DNA from: Scenedesmus sp. PABB004
Lineage: Eukaryota
DNA: 64,000 nt
Direction of reading: 5' to 3'
Assembly: GCA_014905635.1 (NCBI GenBank)
Contig: JABVCE010000014.1
Location: 434,001-498,000, forward strand
Shown here: positions 1-11,456 of the stretch, in pieces
Layout of the letters: each line of letters opens with the position of its first letter
How positions within the stretch are numbered: position 1 is the first letter of the stretch
Program-made: the position numbers and the translations under genes
Notes under the pieces: generated by a model
Seen by the model: only the letters and a program-made list of their open reading frames with translations
What the model was told of the DNA's origin: nothing
The model's database searches: none

Positions 1-2402
1 ACGCACCCCTGGCAGACCTCCTCCAGGGATGTGGGGTTCGCGCACCACGCAGGTGGGCCCCGCCGCCCGGCAGCAGCGCCGGCAGCAGCGCAGGCGGCGG
101 CCGGCGGCGGCGGCGCGCGCCGGCGCCGGCCCGCGGCAGCGAGCGCTGGCCGCGGCGCCCCCGGCACGGCGCGCGCGCGCGGCAGCGGCCGCAGCGGCAG
201 CGACGGCCGCCGCAGCGACGGCGGCGGCGGCGGCGCGCCGAGCCCCGGCGGCGCCGCGCCGAGCCCCGGCGGCGCCGCGCGGCCGCAGGCCTCGAGCCCT
301 ACCCCACGGGCACGTGGGTGCCGGAGAGCCTGAAGTGCGACTTCCTGCCGCCGTGAGCGCCGCGCGCGCGGCGAGCGCGGGGCGCAGCCAGCAGCGGCGG
401 CGCCGCCCGGCGCGCGGGCGCGCGCTGACGGCCTCGCCGCCGCCCTCGCCGCCGCGCAGCGGCGTGACGCGCGTGCTCGCGGTCACAGAGCGCTGCCCAT
501 ACAGCATGCGCCTGCGCTCCGAGTGGTGCGCGCGCGCCCGCTCCCCTCGCGGTCGCGCGCCTGCGCGGTCCCGGGGCCCCCGGCGGCGCAGCGGCAGCGG
601 CCGCCGCGCCGACCCGCCCGCCCCCGCCCGCACGTCGCGCCGCCGCCGCAGGGTGGTGCGTGACTTTGTGCTGGTGAAGGAGATCGGCACGGGCAACGCG
701 AGCACTGTGTGGTATGCGTTTTGCAAGAAGACGAGCGCGCCGCTGGCGATCAAGACCTACAAGAAGCGCAAGCTCTCGCCGCTCAACCGCTGCCAGGTCG
801 CGCGCGAGATCGCGATCCACGCGTCGCTGGACCACCCAAACGTCATCGGCCTGGTGCGCCGCCGCCGCCGCCGCCGCAGCACCAGCACCAGCAGCCGCAC
901 CAGCAGCGCCAGCAGCGCCAGCAGCACCAGCAGCGCCAGCAGCGCCAGCAGCGCCAGCAGCGCCAGCACCAAGCAGCTGACGCGCGCCGCCGCCTGCCCG
1001 CAGTACGCCGCGTTTGAGGACAACGACAAGGTCTACCTGCTGCAGGAGTTTGCCGAGGGGGTGCGTGCACGCGGCCGCGGCGCCGCCGTCCTGCGAGCCC
1101 CGCGCGCGCCGCCGCCGTCCTGCGAGCCCCGCGCGCGCCGTCCTGCGAGCGCGCGCCCACCGACGCGCGCGTGCCCCGCGCCGTGCGCTCCGCGCGCGCG
1201 CAGGGCGACCTGTTTGACGAGATGAAGCGCACCATGGGCCGCATGCCCGAGGGCCAGCTCGTGACGAGCGTGCTGCTGCCGATGATGAGCGCGCTGCTCG
1301 CGATGCACGCGGCGGGGTTCATCCACCGCGACATCAAGCCGGAGAACACGCTCTTCGCCGCGGGCCGCGTGCTCAAGCTCGCAGGTGCGCCCGCGCGCGC
1401 GCGCGCCCTGGGGCCCGGCACTGCGGCGGGCCCGCCGCACGCGCGCGCGCGCGCGCGTCGCGCGCACGGCGCGTGGCCGCCGACGCCGCGCCGCCGCCGA
1501 CGCCGCGCCCGCGCCCGCGGCCGGCCAGATTTTGGGCTGGCGGTGAACCACACGCTCGAGCGCCCCGTCACGCGGCTGGGCACGCTGGACTACATGGCGC
1601 CCGAGGTGAGCACACGCCGCCGCACCCGCCGCTGCCCCAGCGCGGCCGCGCGCGCGCCGCGCGCGCGACCCGACGCCCGCGCCGCCCCCGGCCCCGCGCG
1701 CAGGTGCTGGTGTGCCCCGACAAGCACCTCCCGAGCGACAACAAGGAGCGGTCGGACCTGTGGTACACGCCCGCGGTCGACGCGTGGGCGCTCGGCGTGC
1801 TCGCGTACGAGCTCGCGGTCGGGCGGCCGCCGTTTGGCATGGTGCGGCGCCGCCGCCGCGCCGCCGCCCCCTCCCGCCCCGGCCCCTCTGCACCCCCTCA
1901 CCCGCGCGCCCTCGCCCGCGCCCTCACCCGCCCCTCACCCGCCCCTCACCCGCCCGGCGCGGCCGCCAGTCGACGCGCGACGAGACGATCCGCGCGATCC
2001 GGGCCAGTCCGCCGAGCTTCCCCGAATTCATGTCGCCGGGGCTCGTCTCCTACATCTCCGCCGCGCTCGTCAAGCCGCCGGACCAGCGCAGCAGCCTCGC
2101 GGAGCTCATGCAGCACCCCTGGATCCTGGGGCACGCGCGGTGCGGCGGCGCGGCGCGGCGCGGCGCGGCGCGGCGCGGCGCGGCGCCGCGCCGCGCGAGC
2201 AGCGACGCGGCGCCGCGGCGCGCGCCGGACGCGCACGCGCTCACTCACTTGCGGCGGCCGCCGCGCGGCGCTGCGGCCGCAGGCGTGCGGGCATGGACGC
2301 GCAGGTGATGGCGTACCTGCAGGTTCACCAGCCGGAGCGCCAGCTCATGCTCTCGTCGGGGCCGGCCCCGGCGGCGGCGCACGAGGCGCAGGCGCAGGCG
2401 CA

Positions 2403-2447
<45 letters not shown>

Positions 2448-5400
2448 CGCGGCGGAGGCGCGCGCGGCGGCCGAGGCGAACAACGCGCTGCGCGTGCAGG
2501 CCGACGCGGCGGCCGCGGCGGCGCACGGCCTGCTGTCGCCGGCCATGTCGGCGCCGCCCGGCGTGGCGGGGCTGTCGCCCGTCGTCGCGGCGGCCGCGGC
2601 GGCGGCGGCGGCCAACGGCGCGGCGGCGGCCGCCGCGGCGGCGGGCGTGGTGCCGTCTGCCGCGGCCGCGGCGATGGCGCAGTACCTCGCCGGCATGGTG
2701 CCGCCGGAGCACCTGCCGAGCGGCGACGGCGGCCCCGCGGCCAGCGGCGGCGGCCCGCCGCGCGTCAAGAAGACGGCGAAGCGCACGGGCATGCCGCGCT
2801 GCTTCTCCTCGCGCAACGTCGCGGGTGCGGCGCTCGCGCCACGCGCGCGCTCGCGCCACGCGCGCGCCGCGGCCCACCCGCGCGCCGCGCCTGCCCCGCG
2901 CGTGCCGCGCAGGCCTGTCGTCGCTGGCGGCGCACGGGCAGCACACGGGCAACGGGCACATCAACATCCACTGGCACGCCAACGGCGAGGCGCTGGCGCT
3001 GCACGTGCCGGGCCTCATGCTCGACCTGGGCGGCTCGGACAGCCCGCGCAGCAGCAGCCCCAACACCAGCTCGCCGGGCGCCGCGCCGCCGGCGCCCGCG
3101 CTCGGCGATGGCAGCCACCTGCTCGTGTCGCCGCTGTGCTACACCCAGCAGCAGAAGGCGGCGCTGCTGCAGGCGCAGCAGGCCGCGGCGGGGGGCCTCA
3201 ACCCGCTCGCCGGCGCGGCGGGGCTGGGTGCGCTGATGGCCGGCCTGCCCGGCGGCCTCGCGCCGGCGCAGGGCCAGCCCGGCTCGCCGACGCGGCGCGC
3301 GGCGGCGGCGCGCCTCAACAGCGCCGGCAGCGGCAGCAGCGGCGGCAGGGCCGGCAGCGGCAGCAGCAAGCGCTGCACGCCGGAGCCCGACAGCGACCTC
3401 GCGGCCACGCTGCTCGCGCTGGGCGCCGCCGCCGGCGGGCACACGAGCCCGAGCAGCTCCGGCGGCACCGACGGCGGCGGCGGGGGGCCGTGCGCCTCGC
3501 AGCAGCAGCAGCTGATGGCGGCGTACCTCCGGCAGCAGCAGCAGATGCAGCTCGCCGTCGGCGGCGGGCACGGCCTGCCGCCGGCGGGCGCCGGCGCCGG
3601 CGGCGCCGCCGCGGCGGCGGCGTGCGCGGTGCACGGCGGCTTCGCCTCGCCCAACGCCAGCCCGCGCCCGCTCTCGCGCCTCGGCGCGTCGGCGGCGAGC
3701 AGCAGCGCCGGCGGCTACGGCCCGCCCTGCAGCTGCTCGTGCAGCAGCAGCAGCAGCGGCGCGCCGGCGCCGGGCGGCGGCAGCAGCCGCAGCTCCAGCG
3801 CCAAGCTCAGCCCCTGCTCGCCGGTGGTCAAGGTCATCGCGCAGCACCAGTTTGAATCGCCCATGAAGCGCGTCAACAGCCAGGGCACGCTCGCCGGCGG
3901 CGGCGGCGGCGGCACTGGCGCCGGCGCGGCGCAGCTCGCGCAGGCGCTGTCGGCGCCGCAGGCGCTGCCGGCGGGCGCCGGCGGGCAGCAGGGCCAGCAG
4001 GTGCTCATGGCGGCGGACGTGGACCGCATGCAGCACGTGGCGGCGGCCGCTGCCGCGCGGCGCAGCAGCGCCGCCACGGCCCCGCCCGGCGCGGGGCTGC
4101 AGGTGGAGCTGCCGTCGCCGGGGCTCGGGGCGGGCGGTCGTACGAGGGCGGCGCCTCGGCGGCCAGCCCGGCGGGGCTGACCATGCAGGAGCTGGCCGAG
4201 GTGCTCGCGAGCCCCTCGGGCGCGGTGTCGGGCCTTCTCAACGGGCAGCAGGTGCTGCAGCTGCAGGCGGCGCAGGCGGCCGCGCAGCAGCAGCTCGCGC
4301 TGCAGGCGGCACAGGCGCATGCGGCGGCGGCGGCGGCGGCGCAGCAGCAGCAGCAGCAGCTGCAGCAGCTGCAGCAGCTGCAGCAGCTGCAGCAGCTGCA
4401 GCAGCGGCAGCAGCAGCAGCAGCTGCAGCAGGTCCAAGACTACCTGGCGACGCAGCAGGCGCACGCCCACGCGGCGGCGGCCGCGGCGCACCAGGCCCAG
4501 CAGCCGCCCCCCGTCTGCAGCCCCCATGTGAGCGCGATGCGCCGCCCCGTGATGCGCGCGTGCAGCGCGCCGTCGCTGCTGCACCCGGCGCTGCAGCTGC
4601 AGCTGATGCAGGCGCAGGCGCGCGCGGGCTGGGGAGACGCGGCGGGCAGCTCGCCGCCGGGCGGCAGCCCGACCGCCTCGCTCTCCTCCGGCGGGCCGCC
4701 CGACCTGGCCATGTATGAGCAGGCGGCGGCCGTGGCGGCGCTGCAGGAGCAGGCGCTGCAGGCGCAGTTCGCCCACCAGGCGGCAGCGCACGCGGCGTCG
4801 CCCTTCGCGGGCGCCATGGGCGGCGACGCGGGCGGCGCCGGCCCCGGCAGCCCCGCGGCGGGCGGCGCCGGCGCCGGCGTGCTGCTGCGCGGCGGCAGCG
4901 GCAGCGCGCTCGCGGATCAGCTGCTCGCGCTCGGCGGCGGCGGCGCCAGCGGCGCCGCGACGCCCTACCGCGCGGCCAGCCCCGGCCTGGCGGCGATGCT
5001 CCAGTCGCAGGGCAGCGCGGGGCAGCAGCAGCTGCTCGCGGCCGCGGCGGGCGCCGGCTGGGACGGCGCGCCGCTGCAGCGCGCCGGCTCGGCGGCGGCC
5101 GCCGCGGCGGCGGCGTACGCGGCGGCCGCGGCTGCGGGCGTGCTGGCGGCCAGCGACGGGGGCATGCAGCTCTCCATCAGTGAGGGCGGCATCGTGCGGA
5201 GCGCGAGCCTGATGTCTGAGCTGGGCCCGCTGCAGCCGGTGCCGGAGTCGTCCGCGGCGACGTACGAGCAGCCGCCCGCCGTCATGGGCGGCTGGCCGGC
5301 GGCCACCGCGGCCGCGGCGGCTGCGCAGCAGCAGCAGCAGCAGCAGCAGGAGTACGGCGCGCTGCTGCAGCAGCAGGCGGCGCAGGCGGCGCAGCTGCAG

Positions 5401-5665
5401 CAGCAGCTCACCGGCGCCGCGCCTGGGGGTTGCGCCTCGCCCCTGAACCCGAGGCAAGCGCCCAAGGGCTGCCGCGCCGGCCCAGCGTCCTTGCGCGCGG
5501 TGGCTGCGTGTGCTGTCGCGCGCGCGCATCGCTGACTGCTCGCCTGCGCGCGCGCGCGCCCGCCCTGCACGCAGGTTGATGCTGCGGCAGCCCAGCCGCC
5601 TGGCGCACGTCAGCTCGCCGCTGACGCAGCAGCAGGCGGCGCAGGAGGAGCAGCAGCAGGGCTGA
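1..5665 (+). CDS. Aurora-like Ser/Thr kinase (algal ALK/CALK-like) with a very long Ala/Gln/Gly-rich C-terminal tail; multi-exon, 5' end upstream of the window
   Basis: Spliced exons give EIGTGNASTVW, LAIKTYKK, REIAIHASLDHPNVI, HRDIKPEN, DFGLA, RLGTLDYMAPE, VDAWALGVLAYEL..GRPPF and MQHPWI. The last exon reads LMLRQPSRLAHVSSPLTQQQAAQEEQQQG with TGA at 5663-5665. There is a frame discontinuity near 4130. Confidence 0.88.
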
Positions 5666-7131
5666 GGGCGCGCTGGGCGGAGCAACCTGGCAACGGCTGG
5701 GTTTAGGCGGGACGGCGCCGGCGCCGGCGGCGCGCGGAGCAGCTGCGCCTCGCGCCGCCGGGCGGCCGGGCGACCGGGCGTGGGGTGGGCGTGGGCGGGT
5801 CGTGGGAGCGGGGGCGTCAACAGCACCAATGCACGTCCCCTGCATGCCGCAGGGGCGTGCCGCAGGGGCGCATGGCTGCGGCAGCACTTGCATGCCCGTG
5901 AGGTTGGAGTTGGCGTTTCGGTGCCCCGGGCGCCGCCGGGGCGGTTGCCAGTTGCAGGGCAGCGGCGGCGCGGCGCCGCGCGCGCGCGGCGGCGGCGGCC
6001 CCGAGCAGCGGGGCGGCGCGGCGCGCGCGGCGCCGGCCGCGCCCAGCAGGATGCCTGCACGCACGCAGGCCGCCGACGGGGGCTCGGGGACACAGCGGCG
6101 GCACTGGGTCGTGGTGGTGGTGTGGAGTGGGCTTCACTGGCGGCGCCGCCGGCGCGCGTTGCATGCTGCGCGCCCGCGTGCGCCCCTCTCCCGGGCGGTG
6201 CTGGCCGGCACGCCGAGCGCGCGCCGGGCGCCCGCATCTGTTGTCTGCTTCTCTCGGGCGCCCGCGCGCTGCCTGCATTCATGGCACGCGTGGCGGGCTG
6301 GAACTTGCTTCTCTGCGGCGTCCCGGCAGCGGCGGATGATGATGGCCGCGCTGCGCGTGCTGTGCTGCCGCCACGCGGAGGCGCCGCTGCACGCTCTGCG
6401 TGTGTGCGATGTGGCACCAAAATTTTTGACAAGGCGTCGGCGCGCGCGCGCGCGCGCGCGTCGGGCGCGGGGCCTCCTCGCGGTGCGGCTGCGAATTCGC
6501 TTCTTTTGCTGGCTACCTAGCGCGGCGGCGGCGCCCCGACCCGCGCCGGCCAGCTGCGTGTCGCCCGCCCCGGGCGCCGCTGCCAACGACGCAGCGCGCG
6601 CCCGGCGGCCAGACGGGCGGCGGACCCTTTCCGCGCGCCGCGCCGCCCGCGGCTGCAGCCGCACCCGCGGACGGCGGCGGCGCCGCGACGACGAGCGAGC
6701 ACACTGCCCGTGCCGGCGGCGCCCTATTTGCGGCGCGCGTCTCGCCCGTACAACGGACCAACGACGAGCGAAGAAGAAGCGGCCACGCATTCGCCAAACG
6801 TTTGATGGAGTGGCGCGCGCGGCGCCCGCCTGCGGGCGCGGCGCTGCGGCCTGGACGCGGGGCTGGTGGCGGCGGCGCTGCCGCCGGCCAGCCCCCGCCG
6901 CACTCGGCACTTCATCCGTCTATCGTCGGGGCCGGAGCCGTCGGGGCGCTGGCACATCGCCGAGCGGCAACGGCAACGTTACCCCCCCCCCCCCCCCGCC
7001 CCCCGCACGCCGCGTCCTCGACGGCGCGGCCGGAGCAGCAGCGGCAGCGCCTCTCTCAGCGCGCGCCCGCCATCCCAGCTCAGTGCCCAGATCACCGGCC
7101 AGACCAGCCACACCTCCCAGCTCAGACCAGG

Positions 7132-9245
7132 TCACATATACACGTCATCAGCATCGCCATACTCGCCGGCGTCGCCGCCGCCGTCGCCGCCGCATGCGCC
7201 CGCCGCGCCCGCCGCCAGCGTGGCGGCGTCGCCGCCGTCGTCGTCGGGGTCGGCGTACTCGTCGTCATCGTACAATGATGCGTCGCCGCCGCCGCCGGCC
7301 GCGGCGCCGCTGCCCGCGGCGTCGGCCTCGGCGAGCGTCGCGTCAAACGCGGCGGCCGCGTCGGCGAGCGCGGCGCGCGCCGCCGCCGGCAGCCGCGCCG
7401 CGGCGATGACGGGGATGGGCAGCCGCCCCGCGGCGGCCTCGAGGTCGCACTCCAGCAGCGTCGCCGGCGGCGCGCGGCCGCCGCCGCCGCCGCCGCCGCG
7501 CCGGCGGCCGCGCCCCGGGCCGCAGTGCTCCGCCTGCCAGGCCGCGTCGACCGCGGAGGCGCGGAGCTCGATGCCGGTCACGTCCTCCACGCTCGCGCGC
7601 AGCTGCGCCTGGTCGACGGGCGACGTGACGCCCCACACCGCGCAGCGCTGGCCGCGGCGCGCCGCGCAGTGCGGCCAGAGCTTGCCCGCCGCGGTGCGGT
7701 GCATGAAGAGAAGCTCCCCCGCGCCGGGGCCGCGCTGGACCATGCCCGCGTGCACGAGCCGCCCGCCGCCGGCGTCGGCCAGCGCGAGCAGCGGGCCGTG
7801 GCGCACGGCGTTGACCGACGCGGACTTGCCCGCGAGCGCAAACGCGAGCGCGTACGTGTCCTTGTCGCCCCAGAGGCAGCGCCCCACGAGCCCGCCGTCG
7901 CGGTCCTGCGGCACCGCGCCGCTGCCCGAGTGGCCGTTGAGCAGGACGAGCCACTCGAGCACGTCGGCGTGCGCCGCGCGGTCGAGCGCGAGCTGCCCCG
8001 CCTCGGCCGCGCGCCAGCCCGGGTCGGACGCCCACGGCACGTCGAGGCCGAGCACGCGGAACACCGCCGGCGCCATCCACTGGTCGCGCCTGCGGGGGTG
8101 CAGGGTCCAGCCGGCGGGCGGCGCGTGGGCGAGCGCGGCGGCAGCCGAGCGCGCAGCGACCGCGGGCCGTGGGCCGCGGCGCTGGCCCACCACCACGGCC
8201 GGCGACGACGCGCCCGCGGCCGGCGGCGGCGCGGCGCCGCGGCGGCGCCCGGCCCCGCGCGCGCACCAGAAGTCCGGCCAGAGCCAGTTGCCGGTCTCGG
8301 CGAAGCGCGGCGCGTCGAGCAGGAAGGTGGGGTCGGCGAGCGGCGCGTTGTCGCTGTCCAGCAGCAGCACCTGGCCCATGCGCGGCGCGGCGCGGGCGCG
8401 GGCGTCAGGCACGTGCGGGCGCCGCGCGCGGCGGGGTGCGGGGCCCCGCGGCGTTGCTGCCGCCGCCGCTGCCGCCGCGCCTGGTCAAAGGACGTCACGT
8501 AGGCCAGGGCGTGGACCTTGGCCCGGAACCCGGTCACGCCGCCCGGCGGCGCCCGGTGCGGCGGCGGCACGAGCGCGCCGCCGCCGCCGCCGCCGCCGGC
8601 CGCCGCGCCGTCGAGGATGCGCAGCGCCGTGCCCGTGGCGGCCGCGTGCGCGCGCATCGCGGCCGCGGCGCGGGGGTCGAGCTCGCGCGCGCCATAGTGC
8701 ACGACCTCGGCCGGCAGGCGGCAGCGCACGCGCGGGCCGCGCAGCACGCGCAGCAGGATGAGCGCGTTGGCAAACTGGTCGCGACCGCCCGCGACGATGA
8801 GGACGCCCCGCGACGGCCCGCCGCGCCGCGCCGCCGCGGCGGCGCGCCGCGCCGCGACGCGCGCCGCCGCCGCGCCGCCGGGCGCGAGTGACGCGCGCAG
8901 CGCCGCCGCGTCGCGCAGGAGCGCGAGCGCCGACGCCGCGCTGATCGCGCCGGTGGAGACGTTGGCCAGCACGTCCAGCAGCACGCCCTGCGCGTGCGCC
9001 TGGCCGGCGAGCGCCGCGGCGTCGGGGTGCGCATCGCCCTGGCGCGGTGGCTCCGCCGACGCCGGCGCCGGACGCTGCCGCTCCGCTGCAGCCCGGCCGC
9101 TGCTGCTGCCGGCGCTGCTGCTGCCGCCCGCGGCCGAGCAGGCGCGTGCGTCGGCGGCGCCGGCGCCGGCGGCCACGCCCGGCGCTGGCGCCGGCAGCAG
9201 CAGCAGCACCACCACCACCAGGGCCGCCGCCGCGAGCGGAGCCAT
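7132..9245 (-). CDS. Putative alpha-mannosyltransferase (GT71/MNN2-like), type II membrane protein; about 3 exons
   Basis: ATG at 9245 followed by hydrophobic [15 protein letters not shown]. Motifs: [36 protein letters not shown] (DxD), [34 protein letters not shown]. Confidence 0.85.
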
Positions 9246-9412
9246 CACGAAGGGCGCGAGAGTCGCGCGTCCGCGAAGGGCGCTGCGCGAGCGCGCTCTC
9301 GAGCTCAAGCCATCGCGGTTCAGGGGAGCCTGCCGCGCTGCTGCTCAAGGCCGCCGCGCCGCCCGCGCTCGTCCTCTCCAGCGCTGGCGGGTCGAGCGAC
9401 CACGCAGCCAAG

Positions 9413-11156
9413 ATGGCGGCGGCACCCCTGCAGGTGCGGCCCGCGCGCCGACGGCGGGCGGCATGCCGCCGCCCGCCGGCGCCTCACCCGCCCCCGCGCC
9501 GCCCGCCCGCAGTCGGTGCAGTGCTTCGGCCGCAAGGTGCGGCGCCGGGGCGCCCGCCGCGGCAGCAGGGGCGCGGCAGCAGGGGCATCGCTCACCACCT
9601 GCCTGCGCGCCCGCGCGCCCGCAGAAGACGGCCGTTGCCGTCGCCTACGCCAAGCCCGGCAAGGGCCTGGTCAAGCTCAATGGTGAGCCGCGCCCCCGCA
9701 CGGCGCCGGGGGGCTCGATCCTGGCGGCCCAGGCCGCGCTCGCAGCGGGCGGGCGCGGCCAGGCTGGCGGACGGGTGCCTGAAGGGCCGAGGCGGGCGCA
9801 CGGCGGCGGCCGCCGCCGGCATGCGCCTGCGTCGCGCGGCGCACCGCGCAAGCGCACGCCGGCGGCGGCCGCCGCTGCTGCTGCCGGGCGGCGCGGGCGG
9901 CAGTCGCGGCGGCGGGCGCGGGGGCCACGGCGGCAGTTGCAGCTACGCGCGGGGCGCCATCGGCGTCGGTCGTGGCGTAGATGCGGCCAGCCGGGCGCCC
10001 CGCCTGCAGCAGCATCCCGGGGCGCCCCGCGCCGCGCTCGCGGCGGCGTCACGCACGCCGCCGCGCTGGCATCGCCGGCGAGCACCAGGCGGCCGCGGCG
10101 GCGGCGGCCGGGGCAGCAGCGGCGGCAGCGGACGGCAGTGGCGGGGACAGACGCCGGCGGCAGCTGCGGAGGCGGGCGGCAGCAGCAGCAGCAGCGAGCA
10201 GCGGCGCGCAGCGATGGCGACGGACGGCAGCCGCGGGACACACCCCCCCCCCCTTGATCCCCTCGCCCTTTGCCCGCGCCCCGCCGGCGCGCTCACCGCC
10301 CGCCCGCCCCGGCCGCCGCCGCCCTCCCCCACCGCTGCTCCGCCAGGCATCCCCCTCGAGCTGATCAAGCCCGAGATCCTGGGCCACAAGGTGTTTGAGC
10401 CGCTCCTGCTGCTGGGCAAGCAGCGCTGGGGCTTCCTCGACATCCGCCTGCGCGTGAAGGGCGGCGGCCACGTCAGCCAGATCTACGGTGCGCGCTGCAG
10501 CACAGCAGGCGGCGGCAGCGTCGCCGCGGGCGGCAGCAGCCGCGGGCCGCGGCGGCAGCAGCTGCGCGCGGCGCGTCGGCAGCAGCAACCGCGGGCCGCG
10601 GCGGCAGTATAGCTGCGCGGGGCGCGGCGGCAGCAGCTGCACGGGCCGCGGCGGCAGCACGCAGCTGCGGGGGCCGCGGCGGCGGCAGCCGCTGCGGGAG
10701 GCACGGCAGCAGCTGCCGGCCGACCGTCCACCCCTCCCGCCCCTCCCGCGCCCACCCGCCCCTTGCCCGCCCCGCCCCGCCCCCGGTCCCCCGCCCCGCC
10801 GCGCCGCGCCGCGCGCGTCGCAGCGCTGCGCCAGGCGATCAGCAAGGCGATCATCGCGTACTACCAGAAGTTTGTCGACGAGCAGAGCAAGTGCCAGATC
10901 AAGGAGACGCTGCTGCAGTACGACCGCACGCTGCTCGTCGCCGACCCGCGCCGCTGCGAGCCCAAGAAGTGCGCGCGCGCGCGCGCGAACGCCGCCGCCG
11001 CAGAGCGAACGCGCGGGCGCGTGCCGCCGGCGGTGCGCGCCTGCCCGCCGGCCGACCCCCCGCCCCGCCGCGCCCGCCCTGCGCCCGCGCCCGCGCCCCC
11101 CGCGCAGGTTTGGTGGCCGCGGCGCGCGCGCGCGCTTCCAGAAGTCCTACCGCTGA
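9413..11156 (+). CDS. RPS16: 40S ribosomal protein S16 (uS9); 6 exons
   Basis: Exons read [44 protein letters not shown]...[33 protein letters not shown]...[31 protein letters not shown]. Confidence 0.97.
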
Positions 11157-11243
11157 GCGCCGGCCGCGGCGCTGCTGGCGGCGGCCGCGGCGGCGGTGGG
11201 GTTGCGGCTGCCCCGCGCGCGCCGGTGGGGCGCCGGGGGAAGC

Positions 11244-11248
11244 ATGTA
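11244..11248 (+). promoter_or_regulatory. TGTAA polyadenylation signal of RPS16
   Basis: TGTAA lies about 90 nt after the RPS16 stop. UGUAA is the established chlorophyte poly(A) signal. Confidence 0.7.
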
Positions 11249-11456
11249 ACGAGCAAACGGCGGTTGTCCCTGCTCAGCGCCGCTGCTGTTGCTGCTTGCG
11301 GCGCGCGCCGGCGGCAGCTGAACCCGCGCGGCCGGGCCCTAAAGCTCGAGCCCAGCTCGCTGCCGTGCAGCCGGCACCGGCACCACTTCCTCCTCCGCTC
11401 CGCTCGCACCGCTCGCTCGCTGGGCGGCCCTGACGCCGCGCGCCGGCGGCAGCGAG

